Source: a virus. From it: a stretch of 64,000 nt of DNA. The notes below the pieces were generated by a model, which ran no database searches, was not told where the DNA came from, and worked only from the letters and a program-made list of their open reading frames with translations. Below are positions 9,517-19,467 of the stretch, one piece after another. Each line of letters opens with the position of its first letter. Position 1 is the first letter of the stretch. A program made the position numbers and the translations under genes. The DNA lies in IMG/VR virus record IMGVR_UViG_3300009702_000023, positions 1 to 64,000 of that record. One strand, written 5' to 3'.

Positions 9517-10479
9517 TTAAAAACTTCCTAAATTTTTGAAAAAGTCTTTGGCTGACATTTTTTCTTTAGGTTTATTTTCAGCATTTGCATTAGCTTGTTT
9601 TAATTCTGATGTACCAGTTGATTGAACTTTTGGTTGAGTCGGAACTTGTTTTGCTCTACTAACCCTTCTTTTACGAAGTTTGTTTAATACATCTTTTCCG
9701 ACAACAGCCTCGACTAATTCTTCCGGCATAGCAGAGAACATATCTTTAATTTCACTACGAATGTCGTTTTCAACAACGGGGAGGATATCATTGACTGAAA
9801 TATCATCATATCCGTTATTCATGGCCAAAAGTAGGGCATCTGCAATTCTTTTAACAACATACGGGCTTTTTGGGAGCGTTTGAGCATTATCTAATGCATC
9901 TGAAATATCATTTTCTATTTGAACCGCATATTGATCTTGCATACGTTGAATTTCGGCACTACGAGCTTCTTCTTGCTCTTTTTCTCGCTCATTCTTAAGT
10001 TTTTCAATTTCTCTTTGAAGATTTTCTCGTTCCAATTGTTCGGGGGATTTTTGCATTTCTTCAATTCGGCGTTGAATATGCTGTTCGGCAAGTGCATCAA
10101 CGTCAAACCCCATTTGGTCTAAAGCTGATCCGGGATCTTGTTGCAGGGCATGGAAAAATGATTCCATTTCTTTGCGCATTCTTGAGGCTTCTTGCCACTT
10201 TTCATCAGCAGAATATCCCATTTGAGCACGTTTAATAAGCTCATCTTCATCATCAATTTCAATTTCTTTTCCACCAACTTTAAGTTTCCACGCTTTTCTT
10301 TCGGGCTCTTCAACTAATTCTTCGGTTTCTTCACCTTCGGCGGGGACTTCTTCACCGGAATCTTCGCCATTTAAACCCAGGCTATTTAGTACTTCATCAG
10401 CGGGGTTTACTGGCGTTTCTTGAGCTTGTTCGGTTGATTCAGGGGCGATTTGTGATGTTTCGGCTGCTACATCAGACAT
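9517..10479 (-). CDS. Capsid scaffolding protein
   Basis: Acidic N-terminus, WKLKVGGKEIEI...ELIKRAQMG pattern, coiled coil; located upstream of MCP. Confidence 0.8.
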   Translation of the reverse strand: MSDVAAETSQIAPESTEQAQETPVNPADEVLNSLGLNGEDSGEEVPAEGEETEELVEEPERKAWKLKVGGKEIEIDDEDELIKRAQMGYSADEKWQEASRMRKEMESFFHALQQDPGSALDQMGFDVDALAEQHIQRRIEEMQKSPEQLERENLQREIEKLKNEREKEQEEARSAEIQRMQDQYAVQIENDISDALDNAQTLPKSPYVVKRIADALLLAMNNGYDDISVNDILPVVENDIRSEIKDMFSAMPEELVEAVVGKDVLNKLRKRRVSRAKQVPTQPKVQSTGTSELKQANANAENKPKEKMSAKDFFKNLGSF

Positions 10480-10547
10480 TTTATTCTCCTTTTCTATCCC
10501 ATTTAGGGGTAAGTGATAATATATTGAGTTCTTTAATAAAGATTACT

Positions 10548-10563
10548 CATAAATATTTGTTAA
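10548..10563 (-). promoter_or_regulatory. Putative late promoter TTAACAAATATTTATG
   Basis: Exact motif upstream of the scaffold gene. Confidence 0.75.
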
Positions 10564-10592
10564 ATGGTAAATTTAAGCAAATAATCCTCTCG

Positions 10593-10742
10593 CTAGAGGA
10601 ATTTGTTAATAATAAATATAACTAATAATACATTAGTTAATAAACTAAAATATAATACATATTTAGAATATTTTTTTCTACGAATATGTCTTTTTTTATA
10701 TTTTTTTGGTGCATCTTTATCTAAAAAGTATATTTTAGCCAT
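10593..10742 (-). CDS. 49-aa basic membrane microprotein (not in ORF track)
   Basis: MAKIYFLDKDAPKKYKKRHIRRKKYSKYVLYFSLLTNVLLVIFIINKFL; start overlaps the upstream stop (TAATG). Confidence 0.55.
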   Translation of the reverse strand: MAKIYFLDKDAPKKYKKRHIRRKKYSKYVLYFSLLTNVLLVIFIINKFL

Positions 10743-11374
10743 TATGTTCTCGTATATAGGTCCATATTAATATAAACTGTTACCGTATTAATTACATTTG
10801 TATTAGTATAATTAACTCTCATATATAATCCTGCCGCAGGTAATTCAACAGCGGAAATATCTTGCATTGAGATTGGGCCACTATTTGTTGTTGATTGCAT
10901 ATATGCTTTACTAACTGGTGTTCCTAAAATATAATTTACACCATTTCCTAAAACATTATCAATGTCAATTAATTGAATAGTCACATAATCACCTAAATTT
11001 ATATCACTAGATAAATATACAATCCCCCTAAATAAATAAGAATTGTTTAGTAAATAGTCGTGCGAAGACGTTGTATTTTTAGGTGCAGTAAATGAAAAAG
11101 CTTGTATTCCAATATTTAAATTATCTTCAGCTAAAGTTAGTGCTACTTGCTGTATAACTTGTTTATTATTTGTAATTAAAGATTTGTAATTAGTTTCAAA
11201 ATCAGTTTGATCAGAATTTGCTGGACTTGTTTTTTGTATAATAGTAAATGCACTAAAATTACCATCATTCATAACTAAACGATAATATGTTAATTTATCA
11301 AAATAATTTATAGTGCTTTTTCTTAAGACTAATTGATTTTTAAATTCAGACCAAGTTATATGAATCATTCCCAA
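10742..11374 (-). CDS. Virion structural protein
   Basis: In late operon; DFETNYKS motif; beta-rich C-terminus. Confidence 0.5.
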   Translation of the reverse strand: MGMIHITWSEFKNQLVLRKSTINYFDKLTYYRLVMNDGNFSAFTIIQKTSPANSDQTDFETNYKSLITNNKQVIQQVALTLAEDNLNIGIQAFSFTAPKNTTSSHDYLLNNSYLFRGIVYLSSDINLGDYVTIQLIDIDNVLGNGVNYILGTPVSKAYMQSTTNSGPISMQDISAVELPAAGLYMRVNYTNTNVINTVTVYINMDLYTRT

Positions 11375-11589
11375 TCACCACTTGTATAAATTATATTTTG
11401 AATTTCAGCCTGGGTATATAGAGAATATCCTAAAATTGAAACTTCTAAAGGAATATCATTATATGCAAATTTTAAAATAACCTTTGTTCCATCTAAACTA
11501 GTTCGTAAACTAAATGGATTATCTTGTAAAACTTTATCTAAAATAGACTGAGTTAAATCTGTTTTTATTAAAATAGTATAATATATCAT
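11365..11589 (-). CDS. Small tail-associated protein
   Basis: LRTSLDGTKVILKF...W pattern; coupled to the LamG gene. Confidence 0.5.
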   Translation of the reverse strand: MIYYTILIKTDLTQSILDKVLQDNPFSLRTSLDGTKVILKFAYNDIPLEVSILGYSLYTQAEIQNIIYTSGDWE

Positions 11590-13112
11590 GGAACATCTCC
11601 ATTGATATAATCAGTTATTTCCATATTAATTAATGTTCCATTTATTGAAGCTTTATTATCTACTTCTGTCGGAAAAGAACTGTTAGTATTTAATTTCCAC
11701 CAAGATAATAAATTGGCAGATGCACTATGAGAATTTAAATCTGCTGGACTACCGGAATTATATAATTCACTAACTTCGGCGGCACTTAATTCTTTATTCC
11801 AAACACTAATTTGGTTCATATTTCCTGAAAAATGAAAACCTGTACCTCTAGCTGCAATTGTTAATGGGTCAGTTACTGTCCAGGCATTTAAAGACTGACT
11901 AGATGGGGCCGATTCAACTGCGCCATTTATGTACGCTTTAAGCCCATTCATATTTGACCCGCCAGCATAAGTAAAACAGATATGATACCAAGTTCCGGCA
12001 GTCATAACGGTGGGGTAGGTATGTGCTCTTAATGTTCCTGAAGCTCTAACTTGAGCATATAATTTACCGGCAGAAGTATGCTGAAAACTATAACCATAAA
12101 CATTAGCGTCTTGTGCCGTTTTTGCTATAAAACATCTTTGAGATGCAAAATTGTTTGCTTTAAACCAAAAAGACCAACTAAAGGCTGTGGCCGGGCCAAA
12201 AGTATAATTATCCCCAACATTAATATATTCATCTACCCCATCAAATAATAAACTAGCTGGATTTGAAAGAACTGGCGTTGGAAAAAGACTTTCTCTATCA
12301 TCCCAAATTTGATCATATTGGCCATTATTAGCATATTCCGTAGTGACTGTATTACTCTGGGTTAATTGTCTTTGAATTTGCCAACTAGCATTACTTGTTA
12401 GTGCTGCGGTATTAAATGATTTTCCTATATATGTTATTTGTGAATTTTTTACTTCAGAAATTATTTTTGCAATTGATTCGTCATTAATATGCTCAATACC
12501 TTCTATAATAGATAATTGAGATTGAACTCTACCATTCACACTCCCATCAGCAGTACCGGCAGTACTAGTTCGAAATCTAATAGATTTTAATCCAATAATA
12601 GAACCAATTACATCTTGGGTTGTAGAAACTGAACTTGTAAATATTGAACTTTCAAGTGATCTAAATAAAATAGAAAACCAATTGGTTCCATCAAATGTCC
12701 CTTCAAAAGTTATAATACCACCAGTTGGCGGAACAACACGACATCCTATATGACTATAGCCAATAGTATTTATATATGTATAACTTGAATTTAAAGTTTG
12801 ACTAAGTGTACTTGAAAAATCCTCATACTTTTGTGTATTTGTAATAGTGTCTTGTAAATAAGATAAATCTCTAATATCTAAATTCGGAGTAATAATATTT
12901 ACATCTAAACCATGATCGGCACCAACAGTTGTTCCGGTAAATAAAGTTGTCCCATCACCAATTGCAATAGTGTCCGCTGTTTGATCTAATATAACTTCAA
13001 CCTGGCCTATTTGGGCTGATATCTGAGCATCAACTCTTATTCTATTTCCCGCAGGATCATAAATACTACGCAGTACTTGCTGACCATCAATTGTTTTTAA
13101 ATTATTTGCCAT
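11586..13112 (-). CDS. Tail/head fibre protein with LamG (concanavalin-like) domain
   Basis: SLLFDGVDEY, FSWSFWFK, GTWYHICFTY, YINGA, FSGNMNQISVWNKELSAAEV. Confidence 0.8.
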   Translation of the reverse strand: MANNLKTIDGQQVLRSIYDPAGNRIRVDAQISAQIGQVEVILDQTADTIAIGDGTTLFTGTTVGADHGLDVNIITPNLDIRDLSYLQDTITNTQKYEDFSSTLSQTLNSSYTYINTIGYSHIGCRVVPPTGGIITFEGTFDGTNWFSILFRSLESSIFTSSVSTTQDVIGSIIGLKSIRFRTSTAGTADGSVNGRVQSQLSIIEGIEHINDESIAKIISEVKNSQITYIGKSFNTAALTSNASWQIQRQLTQSNTVTTEYANNGQYDQIWDDRESLFPTPVLSNPASLLFDGVDEYINVGDNYTFGPATAFSWSFWFKANNFASQRCFIAKTAQDANVYGYSFQHTSAGKLYAQVRASGTLRAHTYPTVMTAGTWYHICFTYAGGSNMNGLKAYINGAVESAPSSQSLNAWTVTDPLTIAARGTGFHFSGNMNQISVWNKELSAAEVSELYNSGSPADLNSHSASANLLSWWKLNTNSSFPTEVDNKASINGTLINMEITDYINGDVP

Positions 13113-13230
13113 ACTTCTTCAACTTATCTTTGAGTTTTTTAAATTTAATTGTTTTTCGTTTATTTGATTTAGGATATTGTTCTTTAAAATTTGGTTTTAA
13201 TGAAGTAAAGGTATTAGCACTATTTGCCAT
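13102..13230 (-). CDS. 42-aa microprotein: capsid-like N-terminus plus Lys-rich tail (not in ORF track)
   Basis: MANSANTFTSLKPNFKEQYPKSNKRKTIKFKKLKDKLKKYGK; GGGGA RBS; fills the gap between flanking genes. Confidence 0.7.
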   Translation of the reverse strand: MANSANTFTSLKPNFKEQYPKSNKRKTIKFKKLKDKLKKYGK

Positions 13231-13235
13231 TTGTA

Positions 13236-13766
13236 TTATTCCCCAAATAATTTCTTTTTAAACCTATTGTATTTTTTTACATAATCTGAGTTTTGATAAT
13301 CTCGTTGTTCAACTTCTTTTGGTTCCAAATTATGCCCATATTTCCAACTATAAGCAGCCTCTTGTTCATTCGGAAATTCAGTTAAAACTTTATCGGCTAA
13401 TCTTTGCGCAAACTCGCCTTCAACTTGAGGATTTGCCTCGATTTGTTGCTTCATTTTATCAGCAGGAAGTTGACTAATATCAAATGCTTTATTAGATAAT
13501 GGATAACCCGAATTAGCTGCGCTATGTTCAATTTCTCTAATAGTATTCGGCATTAAACCATATTGTCCCGCAGCAGTTGTTCCGGATTGTATTCCTTGGG
13601 TAATTGGCCTATGGTTAAAATTTGTTCCGCCGGATGATTCAATTTGACTAATGATTTTTAAAAAATTATCAACAGCTTTTTGACTTTCATAATCTTCTTT
13701 TTCTCTACGTTGTTGATCCATTCGTTGAGCTAAAGCTAATGCTTTTTTTAAATCATTATTAGGCAT
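13236..13766 (-). CDS. Lytic transglycosylase / lysozyme-like virion protein
   Basis: IISQIESSGG (catalytic E), AAGQYGLMPNT, AAYSWKYG, YVKK. Confidence 0.75.
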   Translation of the reverse strand: MPNNDLKKALALAQRMDQQRREKEDYESQKAVDNFLKIISQIESSGGTNFNHRPITQGIQSGTTAAGQYGLMPNTIREIEHSAANSGYPLSNKAFDISQLPADKMKQQIEANPQVEGEFAQRLADKVLTEFPNEQEAAYSWKYGHNLEPKEVEQRDYQNSDYVKKYNRFKKKLFGE

Positions 13767-13769
13767 ACT

Positions 13770-15836
13770 TTATCCTTCGGTTGGCACTTCAGCCGGATTA
13801 GTTGGTAGATTTTGAAATGGTGCTGGCGGTTTAGCCGGTTCTGGTAAATTAGCTGGAGCTACATTCGGTGTAGGGGGCATTGCTGTCGGAGCTTGCGGCG
13901 GTCCCGATGGCATTTGACTTTGGTTAGGTTGCATTTGTGGCACATTTCCCGGAGCAACTGGTGAGCCGCCTTGTGGCCCTAATGGTTTTTCTCCCATCAT
14001 TGCTAATATATCTGGATCAGTTGTGCGCAGCAAATCAATGTGTTGTTGAATATGATTAGCAACTCGTTGGACCAAATCGGGGTCTTTCTTTAAATCTGCA
14101 TCAGATAAAATATATTTATGTTCTTTAATATGCAATGAATGTTGTTCAGTAAATACTGCGGGAATATCTTCACCTTCAATTAATTTTTCATTTTCAGATT
14201 TAATTAAAAGCAATTCAGATTGTGGGTTTTCTGTTAAGAAATCTAATTCCCCGGTGTTAATTACATTGAAATATTGTTCGGGTTCTGTTATTACGCCCAT
14301 TTGAATCATATCTTTGGCCATTTCAACTCGGCCCGCTGTTGTCCTCGCGAGAGCATTCCCCATATCAACAATAACTCTATTAATTTTATTTAAATCTTCG
14401 CCAGTAAATTCTTTCATTAATGTTCTATGTTTTTTACCACTAATCATTGCAATTCTGGGGACAGATGCAAATTTTTGCAGCATTTTTATCAGCCCGGTTC
14501 CAACATCTTCAATTAATTCAACATAAGATTGCTGTAAACCTGACATATATTGAATTGACATACTTTGTACTAATGCCAAAGCTGTTCCAGTTTTTAAACT
14601 TGACTCCGGATTGCCACGAGAAACAGAACTAATACCAGAGATAGTTTCCATTACTCGTTCTAACATTCCTAAATATTCAAAAACTTCTCTAGGAGTTGCT
14701 GTTAAATTTAATGCTTCTGGTTTTCCCATTTGAGCATTATACTCAATTAAATTTAGACCACCGACTAAGGTAGACGGGTTAATATCAGTTCCGCGTGGCA
14801 TTAAAATATTTTGAACACCGAAGGCATTTTGGTTACTTAAAATTGTGCTATACAATGAATTAACTGCATCTTGAATTGGGAGTAAATCAAGCATAGGAGT
14901 ATAACCATAAGGTGTGCCTAAAATATTTGATGGGGCAATACGATAAATTGGAAGCTCATCATACGGCATTACTGTGTCCATTAAAATAATATCTTTAGCT
15001 AGAAATAAAAGATATCGTCCATCGGGCATAGATTCAGTTGATCTATGAAATAATTCATATACCGGAATATCGTCAGTTTCGACATAACCTAAACTATTAA
15101 ATCTAAAACGATAGTATTCTTCCTTGGTATCCATTTTGATAATTTCATCTTCAAGTTCAGGATATTTTGCTGCTAGATCAAATTTATTTTTAAATGAACG
15201 GGTAACAATCCAATCATGAGTATCAGTATCTTCTTTTGTACTATCAACAACAACATCAAATGGTGAAAGATTTGAGAAAACAACATCGCCTTCAAAAATT
15301 GGATATCCTTCTTCTACTACATTACCTTGTGCGTCATGTTCGGGCTCAATTGTATCATACAATGGTCCCGCCATGGCATTCCATTCCATTTTAATATAAC
15401 CAGCACCCAAAACGACAGCATATTCTACCGCAGTTTGAAGATATTTTTCCAGCTTTTTCTCTCGCATATAATAATCGAGTAATCCATTAGCGAGAATTGT
15501 TTGGGATTGTGATTTGTAATCAGTATTAACTGCTCTAGCCTCAAATGTTGGTCGCGTTGCTGTAACCATAACCAACATATGTTGTGCTATATTACGAAAA
15601 TGATTAATCGGCAAATTGGCCAGTTCGCCTTGCTCACCACCAAATGTAATTTTATGCCCATCATTAAATCCGGCATAATATATTCCGTGATATGCTGCCC
15701 ACATTTCCCGAAGTTTATCTAAATATCCATTAGAATCTAAATTATTAAACCAGTTTCCGGCTTTTTCTAATAATATACCGGCAGTTTCTTCTGGATCTCT
15801 ATTTGCGAAATATTTGTCACCATGATGATTTGCCAT
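13770..15836 (-). CDS. Portal protein (P22-like)
   Basis: 688 aa directly downstream of TerL; G.GYIKMEW, LSPFDVVVD, ISGISSVSRG; Pro/Gln-rich tail. Confidence 0.85.
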   Translation of the reverse strand: MANHHGDKYFANRDPEETAGILLEKAGNWFNNLDSNGYLDKLREMWAAYHGIYYAGFNDGHKITFGGEQGELANLPINHFRNIAQHMLVMVTATRPTFEARAVNTDYKSQSQTILANGLLDYYMREKKLEKYLQTAVEYAVVLGAGYIKMEWNAMAGPLYDTIEPEHDAQGNVVEEGYPIFEGDVVFSNLSPFDVVVDSTKEDTDTHDWIVTRSFKNKFDLAAKYPELEDEIIKMDTKEEYYRFRFNSLGYVETDDIPVYELFHRSTESMPDGRYLLFLAKDIILMDTVMPYDELPIYRIAPSNILGTPYGYTPMLDLLPIQDAVNSLYSTILSNQNAFGVQNILMPRGTDINPSTLVGGLNLIEYNAQMGKPEALNLTATPREVFEYLGMLERVMETISGISSVSRGNPESSLKTGTALALVQSMSIQYMSGLQQSYVELIEDVGTGLIKMLQKFASVPRIAMISGKKHRTLMKEFTGEDLNKINRVIVDMGNALARTTAGRVEMAKDMIQMGVITEPEQYFNVINTGELDFLTENPQSELLLIKSENEKLIEGEDIPAVFTEQHSLHIKEHKYILSDADLKKDPDLVQRVANHIQQHIDLLRTTDPDILAMMGEKPLGPQGGSPVAPGNVPQMQPNQSQMPSGPPQAPTAMPPTPNVAPANLPEPAKPPAPFQNLPTNPAEVPTEG

Positions 15837-15844
15837 TTACACCT

Positions 15845-15860
15845 CATAAATATTTGTTAA
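15845..15860 (-). promoter_or_regulatory. Putative late promoter TTAACAAATATTTATG
   Basis: Exact motif abutting the GAGGT RBS of the portal gene. Confidence 0.75.
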
Positions 15861-15869
15861 TTCAAACAT

Positions 15870-18518
15870 TTAATGCTTTTTTAAACTTGATCGGGGTTTA
15901 AATATATTAATAAATGCCTCATATTCTTTATTTTTCTCGGCATTAGTTTTAATAAATAAATCTTTATTTTCGCCTAAACCATATCCAGGGGGGTATGGAT
16001 TTTTAGATTCTTGAACATTTCGTATAAAATATGTAATTGCATCGCAATTATGAACGGCAATATCATTAACGGTATAACTATTGTCTTCTTCAACTTCCAG
16101 ATTATATACTTTTCCCGTATATAAACTCTCACTTTTTGTTAATTTTTTAAAATTCGATGGGTAATTATACTTATTTTTCGAAATTATATCATGTATTAAC
16201 TTATCTTCAAATATATAAGCTAAATCTTCATTTTTATTAATGTTTGTTATTAGATCTATGGCTTGTTGCTTATCTAAGTGCCAAATATATTGATCTTTTG
16301 CCGAAGGAGAAGATTTCCATCTTCCTTCCCGCTTTTGAAATGTAATATTACCCACTAATCCTAATTTTCTAGATAATATATCAACCCCATGTATAATTTC
16401 TTTACTAATGCTATTACCGATTATTCCGGTTTTAGAAAAATAACCATCGCCAAATAAATAACCAAGTAACATATACATAGATTGTTCTTTATTCAAATCA
16501 TATATAAATGGGGGAAAATGTTTTTGGGTACTAGTGCCTAATTTTTTCAACTCTGATCTAAGTTCGGATTGTGTAACACATATAATTCTACCATTATCAC
16601 TGTCTTTTTTATAATATCGGGCCTTCGTGCTTCGAGGTTTACACTCTCCATTTTTATGTCGGTTAATAGATCGCCTAGATACGCCACGTTTACCTTTTCC
16701 ATATGTATTATGTACTGCCTTTTCTAATATACCTAAAACATTTTTTTCTCTTTTATGACCGGCAAAAGATATTTGGTGCCCATTCCCACCAACAGATCCT
16801 TCGGCAACATAATATCCGTATAAAAAACATAATTCTTTTGTAATATTAATATTTCCTTCTTCAATAAAAGGAATATAAGCTTTATGATTTTCAAAATTTA
16901 ATTCAGCAGCGGGACTCCAGTTAGTGCCAGTAATTATTTTTTGACCAGTAAAACCTTCTTTTCTATTTTTTTCAACATTGCCAACATATAACCGATGATT
17001 AGGTGTACATTGCATCAACTCTCTTCCCGGAACTTTTATGTCACAAATTTCCCCAGAATAATCTCTATTCATAGTATTTGTAACTTTTTTAAATCTACCT
17101 TGGTGAGTTAATACTTGATCTCCGATAACAATATCTTCTATTTTTTTATACCCAGCATTGGTTAAAACTTTTTGGCCAGGCAAAAAACAGGCATCGTAAT
17201 GTCCTGAAGGAATAAAAATTGTATTATTTTCTTCATCATATAAAGTTACAGCGGGAGATTTAACATATTTCTTTCGATTTTTATCCCATGTAGCATTTTT
17301 TAAATGATGTATTAAAACTTTGCATCTGGGGTGTATTATAATTTTTTCTGATGCAATCCTCATCCTGAGATTGTTTAATGCAGCGTCTTTATTATCTTTT
17401 GCTGTAGGAATAAATAATAAATTATGTTTATAATTTAAATCATTCAATAAAATTAAGTTATTATTATCAGATACTCTTAAATATGGCTCTTTATATTCTC
17501 CCGATGCCGGGTTAGAATATACTTTCTGTTCTTTTTTCTTAATTTCCTTAGCTAATACATCTGTACGTAATGCTTGACCTTTAATATAAAATTCATCCTC
17601 AATAACGGTAACGGCATTTTTAAAATCATAATATCCAAACAAAACCACTGTTAAATCATCAAATCCTATGTCCATTGACACATAGGCGTCATAAAATGGG
17701 GGTCTTGGCCAGGCTTTTATACATTTTTCTTGAATAGCTGTTGTAAATTCGGGAATTACGGCTTTTTCAGAGTCAATAATAATTTCACAAAGGTATTCTC
17801 GGCGGAAATCATCATCTTTTTCTTTTAAAGGGTAACGATTAATGATTTTTTGTCTTTTTTCGGGAGTCATCATGGGATTATCAAATAACGTGTACTTAAT
17901 TAACTCCCCCGTCAACTCGTTTGGTTGAACAAACTCCGTTATAAATTCATGATCGGGCTTAGGTGATGGTGTAGAAGCTAAAATGCCCCGACCGCCGGTA
18001 GTATCCGCCGTTGGAGCAAGGACAGAATTAACAATATCCTTCAATTCATCGCAAAAACCTGCCTCATCGACAATCCATAGATCGGATTTACCTCCGCGAA
18101 GTGATTGGTAGTGGCCATTATCTGTTCCTGCTATCTGAATTTGACTTCCATTAGGAAAAAGGTACATTTTGGCATTAGTTTTATATTCTGGGCGCAATTC
18201 CGGGGGGCAATCTTTAAAAATATCTTGCATAATCGGTTTAATAATCTTTTGCACCATGTCTTGCTTAGGACAAACATATTTAACAATAGAATCTGGTTTT
18301 TTGAGACACTGTTCAACAGATAATACACATAATAAATAACTTTTGCCCAATCTTCGGGCACAAGTAATAACCGTTATTTCTTTATTGAAATCATTAATAG
18401 AGTTATACATGCGTTTTTGAACTTCATGTAATTTCCAATGAATAACCCCTCGTCGCCAAAGAGTAAATAATGCCTCTTTAGGTGTTGGTTTTTTTATTTC
18501 CATTAGCAGATCCCGCAA
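15870..18518 (-). CDS. terL: Terminase large subunit with intein
   Basis: CARRLGKS Walker A, LRGG, WIVDEAG Walker B, ASTP, MDIG nuclease motif; true start may be a few codons downstream. Confidence 0.92.
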   Translation of the reverse strand: MRDLLMEIKKPTPKEALFTLWRRGVIHWKLHEVQKRMYNSINDFNKEITVITCARRLGKSYLLCVLSVEQCLKKPDSIVKYVCPKQDMVQKIIKPIMQDIFKDCPPELRPEYKTNAKMYLFPNGSQIQIAGTDNGHYQSLRGGKSDLWIVDEAGFCDELKDIVNSVLAPTADTTGGRGILASTPSPKPDHEFITEFVQPNELTGELIKYTLFDNPMMTPEKRQKIINRYPLKEKDDDFRREYLCEIIIDSEKAVIPEFTTAIQEKCIKAWPRPPFYDAYVSMDIGFDDLTVVLFGYYDFKNAVTVIEDEFYIKGQALRTDVLAKEIKKKEQKVYSNPASGEYKEPYLRVSDNNNLILLNDLNYKHNLLFIPTAKDNKDAALNNLRMRIASEKIIIHPRCKVLIHHLKNATWDKNRKKYVKSPAVTLYDEENNTIFIPSGHYDACFLPGQKVLTNAGYKKIEDIVIGDQVLTHQGRFKKVTNTMNRDYSGEICDIKVPGRELMQCTPNHRLYVGNVEKNRKEGFTGQKIITGTNWSPAAELNFENHKAYIPFIEEGNINITKELCFLYGYYVAEGSVGGNGHQISFAGHKREKNVLGILEKAVHNTYGKGKRGVSRRSINRHKNGECKPRSTKARYYKKDSDNGRIICVTQSELRSELKKLGTSTQKHFPPFIYDLNKEQSMYMLLGYLFGDGYFSKTGIIGNSISKEIIHGVDILSRKLGLVGNITFQKREGRWKSSPSAKDQYIWHLDKQQAIDLITNINKNEDLAYIFEDKLIHDIISKNKYNYPSNFKKLTKSESLYTGKVYNLEVEEDNSYTVNDIAVHNCDAITYFIRNVQESKNPYPPGYGLGENKDLFIKTNAEKNKEYEAFINIFKPRSSLKKH
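16047..17189 (-). mobile_element. Intein (381 aa) with LAGLIDADG endonuclease
   Basis: CFLPGQKV start, VYNLEV...IAVHN|C end; FLYGYYVAEGS and LLGYLFGDGY blocks. Confidence 0.93.
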
Positions 18519-18942
18519 TTTGAATTAATTCGGTTTCACTTAGATTTTTATATTGAGTATTATCTAGATTAATAGTGCTTTGTTCTCTTGATAATCGTTT
18601 ATTTTTAACTAAAAGATCATATTGGCGGGTTTCTTCTAAAGTCAATTTACGATTTCGAGCATCTTGTCGGAGTTTTTCTAATTGCAATTCTGCAATTTCT
18701 TCTTCGGGGGCAATCTCAATACTAATTATTTTTTGTTCTTTTTTATTTTCAATTAGAACTGGGACATTTTGTTCGACAAGAGATTTTAAATGAACGATTT
18801 CTTCATCTTTTTTTCTTGCATTACGAATTAATTTATCAATTGTCTTAAAAGCTGCCTTATTTTCTCGTTTTAAACGGGCCAATTCAGTTTGTAACTCAGC
18901 AACTTCCTTCAACTCTGTTATATTTTTAACATTTTTATTCAT
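18478..18942 (-). CDS. Coiled-coil protein, candidate terminase small subunit
   Basis: Immediately upstream of terL; C-terminal NLSETELIQIA. Confidence 0.4.
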   Translation of the reverse strand: MNKNVKNITELKEVAELQTELARLKRENKAAFKTIDKLIRNARKKDEEIVHLKSLVEQNVPVLIENKKEQKIISIEIAPEEEIAELQLEKLRQDARNRKLTLEETRQYDLLVKNKRLSREQSTINLDNTQYKNLSETELIQIAGSANGNKKTNT

Positions 18943-18949
18943 TTTTTAA

Positions 18950-19249
18950 TTACCATTTTAAAGTTCGGGGTTTTATATTATTTTCCATTTGCGTATCCCG
19001 AATTCTTTTTTGAATTTCATTAATTTGCGCTTGCACTTCAGCATTAATTTGAATTGGTTCGGGCTTTTTGGATTTTAAATAAAGAGTATATCCATAGAGA
19101 GCCGAAGCTGCAATAAAAATAAAAGCATCAGCTAAGACTGCCCCGCGATAAATTGCGTGAAATGTATAAGAGAGAAGAATGAAAAGCGCAAAATTCATGC
19201 CAAATACGGCATTTTTAAACAAAATAGATAAATTTTTCAATTTTTCCAC
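18950..19249 (-). CDS. Two-TM membrane protein
   Basis: Two hydrophobic segments and a charged C-terminus. Confidence 0.5.
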   Translation of the reverse strand: MEKLKNLSILFKNAVFGMNFALFILLSYTFHAIYRGAVLADAFIFIAASALYGYTLYLKSKKPEPIQINAEVQAQINEIQKRIRDTQMENNIKPRTLKW

Positions 19250-19375
19250 ACGACAATCCTTTTTTTGGGTATGTTATATTAAGTTAATATATGCATCGCA
19301 GCGTGATAGCTGGTTTATTCTTACTTCCCCGTTGGGCCAAGCCCGTTGCTGTGGAGGCAAAATAATAACTCTATT

Positions 19376-19391
19376 CATAAATATTTGTTAA
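19376..19391 (-). promoter_or_regulatory. Putative late promoter TTAACAAATATTTATG
   Basis: Exact motif upstream of the terminase operon. Confidence 0.75.
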
Positions 19392-19415
19392 AAGGTAATT
19401 TTGGGCAAAAAAAGC

Positions 19416-19444
19416 TTGACAAATAAAATAATATGTATTATATT
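19416..19444 (+). promoter_or_regulatory. Sigma-70-type promoter
   Basis: TTGACA-N17-TATATT, A-rich upstream element. Confidence 0.65.
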
Positions 19445-19467
19445 AATTACAACACATAAGGAGCAAA

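Noticed and set aside
10494-10512. Shared TACCC...GGATA hairpin with 30266-30295
   Set aside because: The 30266 hairpin pairs better on the plus strand as a terminator; the similarity is too short to support a common element
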